This document shows positions 1 through 14,042 of a stretch of DNA of 64,000 nucleotides, piece after piece; positions within the stretch are counted from its first letter, which is position 1; each line of letters opens with the position of its first letter. The position numbers were made by a program, and so were the translations under genes. This DNA is from Eledone cirrhosa (Eukaryota). The stretch spans positions 86,676,001 to 86,740,000 of the forward strand of contig OZ024746.1 of assembly GCA_964016885.1 (NCBI GenBank). The letters are read 5' to 3'. The notes below the pieces were generated by a model. The model did not search any database. It was not told the origin of the DNA and was given only the letters and a program-made list of their open reading frames with translations.

Positions 1-1219
1 ACTCTTTTACTCTTTTACCTGTTTCAGCCATCCGGCTGAGGCCATGCTGGGGCACCGCCCTTGTTGCTACACATATTATCTCCAGCCTGTATAGGTTGGC
101 CACTGGTGTAAGAGGGAGTTTGTTGCTGCTGTCCTTAGGTTTCCCTCGTGCCTTGCTGTGGGCTCATCCGGGATCCTGGATAGCAAGGTGTCGAGATGTT
201 TCTTGAAGACATCCACCTCCACGTCATGCAAATCTCTCAGATCCCTCGGCAGATTGTTGAAGAGTTGAGAGCCCTTGAATCCCAGGCTATTGCAATACCT
301 GCACCTTATTCTAGATGTGGAAGACGGGACCTTTGGCACCACACAGTGACGTCCTGTTCGACGGTTGGTCCAGCTCCCAATGCCAAAGTTTGGTGCTAGT
401 CCCTCCAGGATTTTCCCCATGTAGATCACTGCGTATCTCTCCCGTCTTCGTTCCAAGGAGTAGAGGTTCAGTTCCTTTAGCGTCTCCCAGTAGCTTGTCT
501 CCTTCATCGTGGCAATCCTCTTGGTGTAGCTTCGCTGGATTGCCTCAAGCTCCGTGGTTATTTTGACAATATGGGGTGACCACAACTGGGAGCAGTAGTC
601 CAGGCGGCTTAGGAAAAATGTCCTCCATAGTGTCAACATGGTATCTCGGTCTCTTGTCCGGAAAATCCTTAAGATCCAGCCAGCGAGTCGTCTGCACATT
701 GTCGCCACTTTCATGATGTGTGAGGAAAAAGATGCATCATCGCTCATGTCTATGCCCAGGTCTCGTATCGATTTTGACACGGGGATATCGGTCCCTCATG
801 GTCCTGTGTAGTTGTGTTGTACTATATTTGTGTTTGCAGGTTTGTTTGGAGGTTTGTATTGTAGGGCTTGGAATTTGCCAGCATTAAACTGCATGTTGTT
901 TTCTCCCGCCCATTTGTATATGGCATCCTGATCTTGTTGAAAAAGGGAAGCGTCAGCCGGGTTTTTGATTGCCTGTGCTACATGTTTTTAAGAGAACTGC
1001 TGGGAATCCATCAGGTCCAGCAGCTGAGTCTGTTCTAACTTCATCTATGGCGTACACCACATCCTCCTCCTTTATGTCTATGTGGTTGATGGTCGCCATT
1101 TCTTCATGTAATGTTGTGGCATCAAAGAACTCCTCTGGTTTCGTTATTTGCAGTGGACATGTGAACACACTTTTGTACTGTTCGTTCAGTATTTCACATA
1201 TCTCTTGTGGGTTTTCGGC
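1..1219 (-). mobile_element. 5'-truncated CR1-like LINE remnant (ORF2 C-terminal part, RT core deleted) with (GTAAAAGA)n-type tail
   Basis: ORF 76-780 has CR1-type C-terminal motifs (DLGI..., SRLDYCSQLWSP, LEAIQR, LYSLERRRERY). 975-1219 encodes the pre-RT segment (LNEQYKSVFT, SAAGPDGFP). Tail repeat actcttttac at 1-18. Confidence 0.85.
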
Positions 1220-1496
1220 TATATATACATATACCTGTATATATATGATCATATTTAGAAGGTGTTATAAACACACCACTATGTGATCAATAGATAACAA
1301 TGCTAAACAGATTACAGTTAGTAGTGTTATGCTGTTTATGTCATAAAAAGTTATATGCGTGAGAAAAAAGTGACATAAACAGAGAGAAAATTAAATTCTT
1401 GTATATTGGCAGTCTAGGTGAAAAACAAAAAAAACAATGTTAGTTATGGCTAAAACTGAAAGCTAAATGAACTGGTTAGTTAAATAATCGAGAAAG

Positions 1497-1937
<441 letters not shown>

Positions 1938-2487
1938 CTAGCTAACGGGTAGTAACTTATATAGACTTTTAATATGTAAAGACAATGTGAAGGTGGTATG
2001 CGTTGATTATTTATGTAGATAATAAACTATGATAATAGAAAGAGAAAAGAAGTAAGAATTATATCACTTTAAGAATAAGATTGGGTATGGTTGTTTGGTA
2101 CAGATGTAGGCGAGCAGGTAAACAGTAGGGGGTATTTAGGTAGGTAAAATTGTAATATGTTCATGTTCGACGTGTTAAAAGTACCTGACTGATATTTAGC
2201 ATTTGAATGAAATTAGTTAAACTGAAACTTATTAAAGAAGAAGGTGATATTGTTCGTCATTGGTTATATAAACTGGTATATGGTATGGTATTGTATGGTA
2301 CCGTAACTCATGATAGAATCGTAAGGGCGACGTATTGATATACGGCGTTTCTTGGGCATTTTAAACCAGGCGGAGCCCATCTCTCTCCGGGTCTGAGTAC
2401 AGCAGATTTCTCCCAGAGAAAGATAGAAAGTGAGATAGATTGAATAGATTGATAGATAGATAGAGATGGATAGATAGATAGATAGAT

Positions 2488-2557
<70 letters not shown>

Positions 2558-2590
2558 GGAGGGGATGAGAAAGAGATATAGAGGAAGAAT

Positions 2591-3606
2591 CCACTCCAGT
2601 ACTATATTGGTACTTTTTTATCGACCTCGAAACACCGAAAGGCAAATTTGACCTTGGCAGGATTTAACTCAGAAAGCCGGAACTAATACCATAAAGCATT
2701 CTATCCAACGTTCTAACGACTCTACCATTCTATCTGACGTTCTAACGACTCTACCATTCTATCTGACGTTCTAACGACTCTACCATTCTATCTGACGTTC
2801 TAACGACTCTACCATTCTATCCAACGTTCTAACGACTCTACCATTCTATCTGACGTTCTAACGACTCTACCATTCTATCTGACGTTCTAACGACTCTACC
2901 ATTCTATCCAATGTTCTAACGACTCTACCATTCTATCTGACGTTCTAACGACTCTACCATTCTATCTGACGTTCTAACGACTCTACCATTCTATCCGACG
3001 TTCTAACGACTCTACCATTCTATCTGACGTTCTAACGATCTACCATTCTATCTGACGTTCTAACGACTCTACCATTCTATCTGACGTTCTAACGACTCTA
3101 CCATTCTATCCAATGTTCTAACGACTCTACCATTCTATCTGACGTTCTAACGACTCTACCATTCTATCTGACGTTCTAACGACTCTACCATTCTATCCGA
3201 CGTTCTAACGACTCTACCATTCTATCTGACGTTCTAACGACTCTACCATTCTATCCGACGTTCTAACGACTCTACCATTCTATCCAACGTTCTAACGACT
3301 CTACCATTCTATCCAACGTTCTAACGACTCTACCATTCTATCCAACGTTCTAACGACTCTACCATTCTATCTGACGTTCTAACGACTCTACCATTCTATC
3401 CAACGTTCTAACGACTCTACCATTCTATCCAACGTTCTAACGACTCTACCATTCTATCTGACGTTCTAACGACTCTACCATTCTATCCAACGTTCTAACG
3501 ACTCTACCATTCTATCCAACGTTCTAACGACTCTACCATTCTATCCAACGTTCTAACGACTCTACCATTCTATCCAACGTTCTAACGACTCTGCCAATTC
3601 GCCGCC
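2591..3606 (-). mobile_element. tRNA-derived SINE with internally amplified head
   Basis: 2591-2700 matches the SINE body (ggtacttt...tatcgacc...aaaggcaaa...gacct.ggc.ggattt.aactcag). The head end gactctgccaattcgccgcc is at 3587-3606. The array lies between them. Confidence 0.85.
2697..3595. repeat. 29-bp tandem repeat, about 31 copies (cattctatcYRacgttctaacgactctac)
   Basis: head-to-tail units with no spacers; variants cca/ctg/ccg. Confidence 0.97.
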
Positions 3607-3609
3607 ACT

Positions 3610-4520
3610 GGTACATAAGGGCAAGTGATGTAAGGAAAATTAAATAACAAAGATGGGTTGGTTAGATGTATTTTAATTGTGATATGGATGAACATGTGCC
3701 AACTAATAACTCACTAATTGAAGAAGTTGTTTGAAAGCTGGTCACTGACGTAGACAGATATTTAGTAACGTGGCAGGTAGGTGACTAATTGATGAAGTTG
3801 GTTGGAAGCTGATCAAAGTTAGAAATAGGTACGTATAGTGTATTAAGATAGGCAGGACTGGCGCTACCAATAGATCAGCTAGGCAGCGACTTAAGTGGAC
3901 ACACACCAGAGAGGTGTAATGCTGTACTTTAAAGGATCATAGTTTAAAACAAATTTGTATAATTAACTTAAATATATAATAATGTCTGTAACCACTAAAC
4001 TATATCTGCTTTAGGCACAAAACCAACAACTTTTGGGGAGGGTGAAGTCAATGAAACTGACCCCATTGCATTACTGGTATTTTATTTATCGACCCCGTAA
4101 GGATGAAAGACAAAGCTAACCTCAGCGGGATTTGAACTCAGAGCGTAAAGGGCCATAACTCTATGTCGAAAAAGCATATTTCCGACACTCTACCGATACT
4201 GCCAATCCACCGTCCTTCTGTAACCAATAAATAAATTGCTAAACATCTTTACCGCATAGCAGCGTTGAGGAAATATTTAAGGTCATATGGTGTTATGATC
4301 TGTAACACGATTTGGCGTTGATGAGTGTGAACTCTATGGTATAAATGCAGGCTTAATAATTCTTAGTGTGAACAGAACAAAAAGTTTGAAAACCTGAATT
4401 CATTAGCTAGCCAAAATGTAAATTGAAATAATTTATTTGGGAGAATAGGCAATAGAGTACATAACTAGGAGAAGGCTGTGTACATTGTAGGGTTAGCACA
4501 GGGTGCTAAATACCCAGTTA
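3610..4520 (-). pseudogene. highly decayed Penelope-like RT-thumb/linker remnant (tentative)
   Basis: Minus-strand translation fragments (HS..PS, RQ....ITPY, GKRCLAI) loosely echo the Penelope/Naiad thumb. Forms part of the left arm of a long inverted repeat. Confidence 0.3.
4010..4216 (-). mobile_element. tRNA-derived SINE
   Basis: family consensus; TSD-like tctgtaaccaMtaaa at ~3985 and ~4217. Confidence 0.9.
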
Positions 4521-7500
4521 GATACATTCTACAGTTTACGTAGGTATCTAAATGAATCTGGTTGTAATTTGCTTACGCTCATACAACATCTATTTGCAGC
4601 ATATTTATGATAAGCATTTTACTTCTTTACCACAATAGAATGGAACAGTTTACATCTAAGCTTGATTACATTTCAGATTACTTCCAACCCAGTTCATCAA
4701 TTAGTTCTCTACCTGCTACCATACATTATGTCCGCTTATAAATCTAACTTTCAGCCAACTTCCAAACAACTCCCTTAATTAGGTATTTTCATTAACAGTT
4801 GGCATATTTTCATGCGTACCACAATTAAAATACACATATCCAGCCTATCTCTTTCATTTAATTTTCCTCATATACCAATTTACGAATCGTATTGCCTTCC
4901 AAGATAATGAACTTCAATTTAACTAATTTTACACCTGAATTTAATTCAACTACTTCTAACTCATCACTTCCTCTTCAAACACGATCTAACTTCTTATTAT
5001 CATTTTAGTCACTTAGTTTCAAACATTGTTTATACCAGTACCAAACTACTATACATAATCTAATCCTTCATCCCTTGATTAGTATAATTAATTCCATAAA
5101 TTATAAACCCACACAATCATCACATTATACATTATAAATATACATCAGTTTCATGCCATTGTCTCGATATTTTCCACTGCAACCCCTCTCAATTATTTAA
5201 CTAACTAGTTGAACTGGTTTTTCGTTTTAGCTATAACTAACAATTTCTTTACATACACTCACAATATATTTTAATTTAATTTTCTCTGTTATTTTATCTC
5301 TTAAACATAAATTATGTACGACCTGATCTAGTGTTATGTACGACCAGATTACTATTGCTATGGCTATATTTTCTTCTTTACTTCAGTATTATTACCTATT
5401 CATCACACACACTGGTACGTTTATAACACCTCTCCACTACATGAATATATTCTTCCCTATTCTCTACAATGTATGAAACCTATTTCCCCGTAACCTTTTT
5501 CCGTTAATATTTCGATCTACCAAAATTTCCAAAAGTAATTTAGTTTTCTTTGTTATTTCATTAAATCCTTCTTTGAAGTTAAGAAAAAAATCCGAAAAAC
5601 AAAACGTTTGTCTCTTCTGCAAACATGACATGGCAAAAACTGCTAAGATTAAAAGACTAACGTTATATTTTTATCCTCCATTACTACGTGCATTTGTATA
5701 TTTTACACGGTTTATTATCTAGTTTAACTACGTAATGATACAGACATATTTGCATCGTAAATCTCATTCTTATTTAGAGTTTCACTATTTTTTAAGTTTT
5801 AATATTTAACCTCTGGTTAATGCATGCAATCATTCTTCTTTTAAATCTCCTTTAACGTTTTCTACTCTTTACATTTATATTTTCTTCTATAACAAATTAT
5901 TTTATAAGAAAAGAAATTGACATATTGTTTCCTTAGCACCGTCACTTAATGTTTTAACTTTTTAGTTGCTTTGTTCTGTAGAAAATAAATGTTATATAAT
6001 TATTTAGAGTAGTCTACAGCCTTTTTATATATAAGTACAGAGCATTATTTTTGCATTACTCCCACATGGAATATATAGATCTGTCTAGTCCCAGTAATTG
6101 GATAATTAATAACAGTGATATAGAACAGGTTTAAGAAATACGAAACGATATCTCAAATTAATGTAAAAACAGTGGTTCAAAGTAATCTACTCCAAGAGTT
6201 CATGTGTTCGTACGAAAAATTTCTGCTAATGTACAAATACATTAGCAGAAATGCATTGTATCCATGCTCGTGTATCTAAATACATTAAAGAATTCATTCA
6301 TAGATCAAGTATTATCAGGGATGTTGGTGGACTATAGGGCGGCATGCAAACGGAGATGAAATAAACATAGTTTACGAGAATTAACAGGAACGAGAGTAGT
6401 GCTCTGAGTATTCATTCAGCTAAGCATTCATCACACATTATATTAATATATGTTAATACGAGCTGGAAGACGAATTTCATTAGAAGTTGAGATTCTATTG
6501 TTTCTAGGGTCAAAGAATGATGTACAGCCGTATATTGCAAGGATTTGTAAATTGTAATCTGTAATGGCTTGTAAAAGTAAGCTGCGATGGCTTCTGAAAG
6601 TAATTAAAACTACAATTGTTTGAGGCAATAAGCTGCAATGGCTGGTGACAATACAATGCGATAGTTTATAATAGTAAATTGCGTAACTATTCATATAACA
6701 ATGTTGCTTAGATTGTGCAAGGAAACGGAAGTTGTGTGAACTATATAACATAAATCAAGCTGAGGATAAGTGAATAACATACAAAATTACTACTGTTATG
6801 ATTGCTCTAATGTAATTGGTGTGAATGGTTGTTTCTACATAGCTGCTGTTAAAAGGGCTGTTGTGATGTGGTAGCAAAAGAACTGCCCAAATTTGAAGTT
6901 AATTGTTCTACCGTTAATGTAAATGCTTAAAAGTAGCCTGTATAAAGAGTGAGTCAGATCTTTTTTTATACCCTTCATTGTTTGGGTAAATCCATTTATT
7001 GTATTACCTTAACATCAGTTGTATTAGTAGTATGTATATTTGAATACATGGCATAGGTGGTTCGAATCCGTGATGCAAACAATATTGTTCAACGGTTTTC
7101 ATTCAGAACAAATCAGTTTTATAATGGAATATGTTTTATAAAGTTTCCTGCAATTAACAGTGAAATAACTTAGCTGACGCAATACTACAACTGATTCTTT
7201 AATCAGCAGCCTATAGGCGTATCATTGCCAGTATTCAATAAATCGCATGCTGGCATAAGTTTGCAGGGTACGTACATAACGAGTATAGTTTTCCATTTTG
7301 AATGTTTGTTACAATCATATAAATTTGTTCCAATCTATTGTGTCAAATAACTTTTATTTTCTATTTCTCCCGAGAAACTACATTTAATTTGATCGCATCT
7401 TAACTTTAATCAGTTCAACTATGAACTACTGAAATTATTCTTCCTCATTTTTCACTTTCCTGTCTTTAACCGTATCTCTATATCTTTCAGCCATTTGTCT

Positions 7501-8244
7501 TTTAACATTAACTTGTTTCGATAGTGTAAATTTAAATAATTTAATAACATGAAAGTTTAACTGCAATCCATGTTGCAACAACTCCGCCTTTGTTTCATTA
7601 ACAGATATCTCCTATCTATATTATAAACCGTATCAATTATATTTTTATCATTAAGCTTGTCAATATCGATTTGACCGAAGCACTGTTGCAAATTATTGAA
7701 ATATATGTTATATATTTAAAAGTGCTAGTTCTGGAATTTGATCGGTTGCTATCCATATAAAGAACTCAAAGAATTTAATGCCGAGAAAGATATTTGCTAA
7801 AACTATTTTGATTCTTCAGCCATGGCTCTCTTTACTATGTAAACGTTTATCTATGTTGCCTTAAAAGAATAGGGACAATTTTCAGTAAGGAGTACATTTT
7901 AGCCTTGCCTGACACAAGGTATCTCATTAGAACTGTTAAACTGCATCATAAACCGTACTCTCTTTACTCAGTAAAGTTGTTAGTGATCGGGTAGACAAAT
8001 GTAGCGGCGAGCAGAATGTATAGTCCTGATGCCTTGATAAAATATACCCGGTAATGGGGTTGAATTGAGAAAGGGCATCCCGTAACAGAAGCCATGCAAA
8101 ATAATTAAGACTTGAGCGTAGAAGCGAGACATGCTTCTTTCATCCTTCTTGGAGGGTAGTAATTTCAAATAAGAATCATCTCGGGCAGTGACAAACTATC
8201 CAATCGGTGTCAGCATAGGGTCCGAATATTAAACGATGATGTTG

Positions 8245-8300
<56 letters not shown>

Positions 8301-8602
8301 ATTATTAAAATAACAGATTAAAGTTTAAGCAAAGAATCGGTGCTTTCACCCCCCTTAACGGGATCTTCTGAAACTAACAAAGTGCATCCAGTTGTCTGAA
8401 CAACAAAACAGCCTGCTAGTAAAATTAATATACAAGTAGCTAACCATTTCGTAGATACGATATATATTTATCCTTATCGAGCCCTCTTTGGATTTTAGTC
8501 TCCAAAATTATTATTATTACTATATATATATATATATATATATTACCTTAATATTTTTTACAAAATATAACATTTCGTTCTATTTTATTGCCATAAAGAA
8601 AT

Positions 8603-8789
8603 AATTGTTTCTACTTTAGGCACAAGGCCAGCAATTACCCAGTGCATTACTGGTACTTTATTTTATCGACCCCGTAAGGATGAAAGGCAAAGTTAACCTC
8701 GGCGGGATTTGAACTCAGACTATAAAGGTACGTAACTATGCTAGAAAGCATGGCGTCTGACCCTCTACCGATACTGCCAATCCACCGCC
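8603..8789 (-). mobile_element. tRNA-derived SINE, full length
   Basis: A/B-box head (rc ggcggtggattggcagtatcggtagag...gagttcaaatccc); TSD ataaagaaataat. Confidence 0.95.
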
Positions 8790-9023
8790 ATAAAGAAATA
8801 ATATTTTCTTAAACAACTTCATTTAGTTCAACAGAAATTTCTTCCCATCCTCTTTTATTAGGCAAACCAATATACTAATGAGGATTCATCGTAACGGAAA
8901 ACATGCTATTTTAGTTGGTGTTATTGTTTGGGTCTTCGTTATCCTTGAACCAGAAAGTTTATAACCAAAGGCGTCTGAGCAGATGAAAATAAAACGCCTT
9001 TTAGATATAATGTATTAAATGAA

Positions 9024-9330
9024 TGCCGCGTGGCGTAGTAGTGAGTTTGTTCGGCTCACGATCGTAAGGTCATGAGTTAAGTTAACGACGGCGAGTTGCA
9101 AGACACTTTATTTTACGTTACTGCAGCCCACTCATCTGGCAGAAATAATTTGAGCCTGTAGTTCAAAGGAACAAATTTGTTGCACAATATTTCATGTTGA
9201 ATCTCCATAATAGTAGCATTAATGATATAATGTACGTATCTACGAAATGGTTAGCCACTTGTATATTAATTTTACTAGCAGGCAGTTTTGTTGTTCAGTC
9301 AACTGGATACACTTTGCCGGAGTTGACGGT
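9024..9330 (+). mobile_element. older tRNA-derived SINE of a second family
   Basis: head gcgtggcgtagtagtgag...ggctcacgatcgtaaggtcatgagtt; body gcaagacactttattttacgtt..cagcccactca.ctggca. Confidence 0.7.
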
Positions 9331-9504
9331 GGTTGAACAAAATATCATTAAGACATGTAATGTAAGATTTGCTAAAGGTCTGGCTAATATTTCTATCAGG
9401 CCGAATGAATGTTGACTCATAATCTAAATTGTCGTTTAACACAAGCCCAGCCCAAATCGAGTGGATCTATGATAAACGGTATCCCAGTCGTGACCACCAG
9501 TTAT

Positions 9505-9680
9505 TCGCTAACTGCGCATAGATGTGATATCTCTCTCCACAAAGTTCGATTACCAGCAGCAGAGTTCAAAGAGCAAAGATCAAGTCCAGTCCATAGGTTG
9601 ACGTTATCAAGCCATCGTTTTGGCTGCCGGCCTCTGCTTCTCTTACCAGCCAATCTTCCTTCCCGGCATAACATACTCAC
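9505..9680 (-). mobile_element. RTE/BovB-like LINE 3' fragment
   Basis: Minus translation EGRLAGKRSRGRQPKRWLDNVNLWTGL...NRTLWRE. About 69 bp is nearly identical to 53313-53382. Confidence 0.75.
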
Positions 9681-11179
9681 ACCACGAGTTGATCATTTTA
9701 TATGACCGGATAGTTTGATTACTCTTGACTTGGCAATTGCTGTAATAGGTCTAAGTTATTCACGACCACACTATCCAATATATACTTCCTATTTTAAAGA
9801 TGGTAGTGTGTGGTTTGAGGGGGATGTAGTTGTTACTTCTAGCCTGTCAAATATTATGATTTTTGTAGATGAGAAGGAAGATACATTTAGTAGCAGTTGT
9901 ATTCCGCCTAATACATCAGTCCGTAATCATAACCAAGCTAGAAAAGTTAACACAGATAATTCGTGAGAGTTAATGTAATTTTGTATTGATAAATATCAGA
10001 TAGCTGAGACAACAGAGGTAATGTAGATCAAAGTGGGCTTCTCGAAGACAGATAGAATCGCTAAAAGGCAATACATGGACATAACGAGAGTGGTCACTCG
10101 ATCTTTTTAAAAAGGGGAGATCAAATTAAATAATATTCTTCTAATAAAACGAGTGGTCAGACTAAGAAGATCTTTGACGATCGGACATCTCAATCAGTGT
10201 TCTTCTGGGGTGAAACAACATCAGCCACAAAAACACACAAATACGCGCTTACAGACACCATCCACTCACGTATACATACATTCAACATTTGGGGCCTTAG
10301 AACTCCCACACATATAGTGGATCCGAATTCCTTAGCTTTGCAACAGCAACTCCTAGATCAACAAAGTTAACACTCACTTGTTAAAGTAGCAATAGATAAT
10401 GTAAATAGGCGGGAGAAGCACTTTGTTATTTAATCTTAAAGTAATAGTAGAACTAACCTAACGTTGTTGAATTTAACGTTAAACGGACTTCTCAGCCAAA
10501 TAAGTTTGTAGTTTATATGACTTGGGCATATAAACATAGATTATCGAATGTGTTTTTCTCGTTTTTAAAGATATTAAGTTGTAATTTAGGAGAGAATTCG
10601 GCAAAATTTCTGCTAGCTTGAATGATATCATAAGGGATTCTTCGTTGTCTTGTAAGTAAAGGAATTCTACGACTGGTGCGCACGTAAAGGCTATCTAAAA
10701 ATTTAGTTTCTATTTCAGAATTGAAATGTCATACTGAGCCATAGTTTCATTGATCACGAAATAATCAGTAAATTATTGTGTATGATTCACCTGTGTGACA
10801 TTAATGATTATCTAGATGTAAATTGGAAGTATAGTAGTTATGATGTTCTCCAGATGAATTAAGTAGTGTAAAAGTAGACTACGTGTTTTCGAGGTCGTTT
10901 ACTCTGTTTATCGCATGTTTCAACACTCATTCAATAGTACTCAACACAATCTTTATGATCTACAAGAAATAACCCCCAAATATCTATCAAATTACCGTCT
11001 GAAAGGAAGGACACATGGCCTATTTTAATCCTGAATACACTGAAAGAAATAGAGATGGTGAAGTTTGTATTATCATTGAAAATATGTTTGCTCTATTCAG
11101 TCTGCACAGGGGCTAAAGAAGGAGAAGATAACGTCGCCTTCAACAATTATATTTAAATATTTGTATTATTATATCCCTA

Positions 11180-11367
11180 GGGCGGTGGATTGGCAGTATC
11201 GGTAGAGGGCCGAACGCCATGCTTTGACGCATAGAGTTACGGCCCTTGCCATTCTGATTTCAAATCCCGCCGAGGTTAACTTTGCCTTTCATCCTTACGG
11301 GGTCGATAAAATAAAGTACCAGTAACGCACTGGGTAATTGATGGCCTTGTGCCAAAAGTAGAAACAA
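11180..11367 (+). mobile_element. tRNA-derived SINE, full length
   Basis: consensus match; TSD attattatatccctag. Confidence 0.95.
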
Positions 11368-11922
11368 TTATTATATCCCTAGCTTCCATGGATACTACTG
11401 TTTTGCTCTTCAATTATGTGATACTTTTGCTGAAGTAGAAGGCCAAATCCCACTGTGCAGGGTTACACATGAATGGCTGGACATAATTGACATCTGGAAA
11501 CCTTTGATATTTATTTAAAATTCATTGAGAATAGTTTTTAAGGAAAAAAGGCAACGTCTCCGAGAATGATATAGGGGAAAAGGAGGAAGAAACCACCGCT
11601 CGTGGGATGACCTCTGACTAAAGGCCTATTCCGAATGCTAGCAACGGAGTACATTCCTACAAATGCTACAGTTGCTGGTGTTAAATCATAAGATAATTAA
11701 TTCTGCCACCTAAGACCAGGTTCAGTATTCGGAAGGACTACAAAATATACGGTTTCCGTTTACCTATTTTACTTACAATTTCATGTCCCTTACCTCAATT
11801 CTATGTTTCTTTATGGCTCAGTTATGAGGAAGGACAGATCCCATGACTGTCTTCGGAGCTTCCGAAACTGGTGGAGGGATGAAGGCATCCTTAGACTGGA
11901 GACCTAGCCCGAATGCTTGCAA

Positions 11923-12007
11923 CATCTGGCATTTAAGTATCTATAGCATCTGGCATTTAAGTATCTATAGCAGGTCAAACCTGCTATAGATACTTAAATG
12001 CCAGATG
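11923..12007. repeat. 24-bp tandem duplication plus perfect 29-bp hairpin
   Basis: catctggcatttaagtatctatag x2, then caggt-caa-acctg and the reverse complement. Confidence 0.95.
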
Positions 12008-12819
12008 GTGGTGTTAAATAAGGCGATTAATTTAGTCAACCACCCATGTAAGCCACTGCAAGATTTGAACAGAGAACGCAATGACGTGGGAAAAATAGAA
12101 AATAGCAAATCATTTTTCTCCGACTCTCGTACGATTGAGCTAGTCCACTGACATGGACTGGTATTTTATTAATCGACACCAAAATAATGACAGGCGAAAT
12201 CTCGGTGTTATTTGAACTCAGAAAGCAAGCAAATAGAATAAATATTAGCAAACATTTCCGCCATTGTTTTAACGATTGTGCCAGTTCACTCTTTTTGTAA
12301 GCACACATCATGCCTTGTAAATAAAGCGGAACATTGAAACTGGCGTGATTCGAACCAACAATTTATAAATACGCATTTCAGTATTGAAAACCTGTCACTT
12401 TACTATTTCTGCTAACTCACCGCCATAAATTTCCACAAACACTGAATTTAGAATTATATTATGTTATCACCATAAAGTTTATGTCTTCTATTGTCTATTG
12501 TATTAACTCACTCTTTCCTTATCACTTAACTTAATACACTATCTTATTTAATTTCCGTATCTTTTATCACAGTTTGCCTACATTTTTTCTGTTTCTATTT
12601 ATCTGCCTCTCTCCCACTATCTCTTTCTATCTGCATTTAAGTCTACCTCTGTTTCACCTATCTCCTTCTATCTCTCAGTCCCTGTTACTCTTAACACAAA
12701 AATATTAATTAGTAATCTCTCTTCTAATGTAATATCGATCTTGAAACGAATCAGCTTATTTTCCTATGATTAATTGGTCTGCTAAAGTTTTCCAGCATTC
12801 CCTAACAACAGCCAGCACG

Positions 12820-12966
12820 TACACACACATATATCTATGTACACACACATACATACACACACACACTACACACACACACACAGAGCCACCCAAAACACAG
12901 ATGTATCTATCCTTGTGCAGATGTCTATTTGTGGTGTGTTCTCTAACTGAAATATACTTATGGCTA

Positions 12967-13063
<97 letters not shown>

Positions 13064-13099
13064 GTATATAGACATATATATGTGTGTGCGTAATTGTGT

Positions 13100-13141
<42 letters not shown>

Positions 13142-13336
13142 ATGTGTATGGTGTTTGTAGCTGTGTATGTATATACATATACATGTATATAAAGATTACC
13201 TATGTAGTCTCGCTTCTCTGCCTACCAGCAGGTCTATTATTAATGATACATAAAGTAGAATATATGAACTCCTTTCCCACACATACACACAGTATTTGCT
13301 GTAATCAATAAATGTATCAAATCTATCTATCTCTAT

Positions 13337-13394
<58 letters not shown>

Positions 13395-13396
13395 AT

Positions 13397-13459
<63 letters not shown>

Positions 13460-13487
13460 TATATAATATATATACATATATATATAC

Positions 13488-13546
<59 letters not shown>
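12820..13546. repeat. (CA)n/(TG)n/(TA)n microsatellite cluster
   Basis: direct reading. Confidence 0.95.
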
Positions 13547-13550
<4 letters not shown>

Positions 13551-14042
13551 ATTCCTGAATTTATACGTGTATACTTTGTACAAGCTATGTCATTTTTTTC
13601 TATTTATATAGTACTATTACATAAATAAAAATGATGTATTGTTTGTGTAAATTTATATATTAACCCTAATACTGCACTATACGTAGACGTATCTTTATGA
13701 TATATTATCCTGTCATCATATATGTTATAACGATATATAAAGCAACCTTGCTGAGAAAAGATAACATTTAACTATCTGATAGAGTTATAAGCAAAATACA
13801 AACTGGCATATTTTTTTTGTCTCGAAACTACTAAAATATGCCCGAATAGTTGTACAATGGATGATAAAAGTGGACAAACATCTTTTATTCCGGTATAGTG
13901 TATCCAATACGGTATTATATAGTTTGTTGCCTCAATTTTTTTTTTCAAAATTTTAGAGTGTGGGATTAGAAGGAAATTTTGCTAGTACGTACTTTTGGCA
14001 GATCAAGCAACTTCCCAGAGACTCACTCCGTGGTTAAACACT

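Noticed and set aside
2697-3595. CRISPR-like array (29-bp repeat)
   Set aside because: No unique spacers, no cas genes, eukaryotic context; the unit derives from a SINE head.
6300-7800. Possible decayed LINE RT on the minus strand (FDTIDW, NDTPIG)
   Set aside because: Motifs are weak and in the wrong order for an RT.
8335-8378. Hammerhead-like rc CAGAAGA...GAAA
   Set aside because: Core mutated; no convincing stem I, stem III or UH triplet.
11180-11270. tRNA gene
   Set aside because: A/B boxes belong to SINE heads followed by SINE body and TSDs; no proper cloverleaf.
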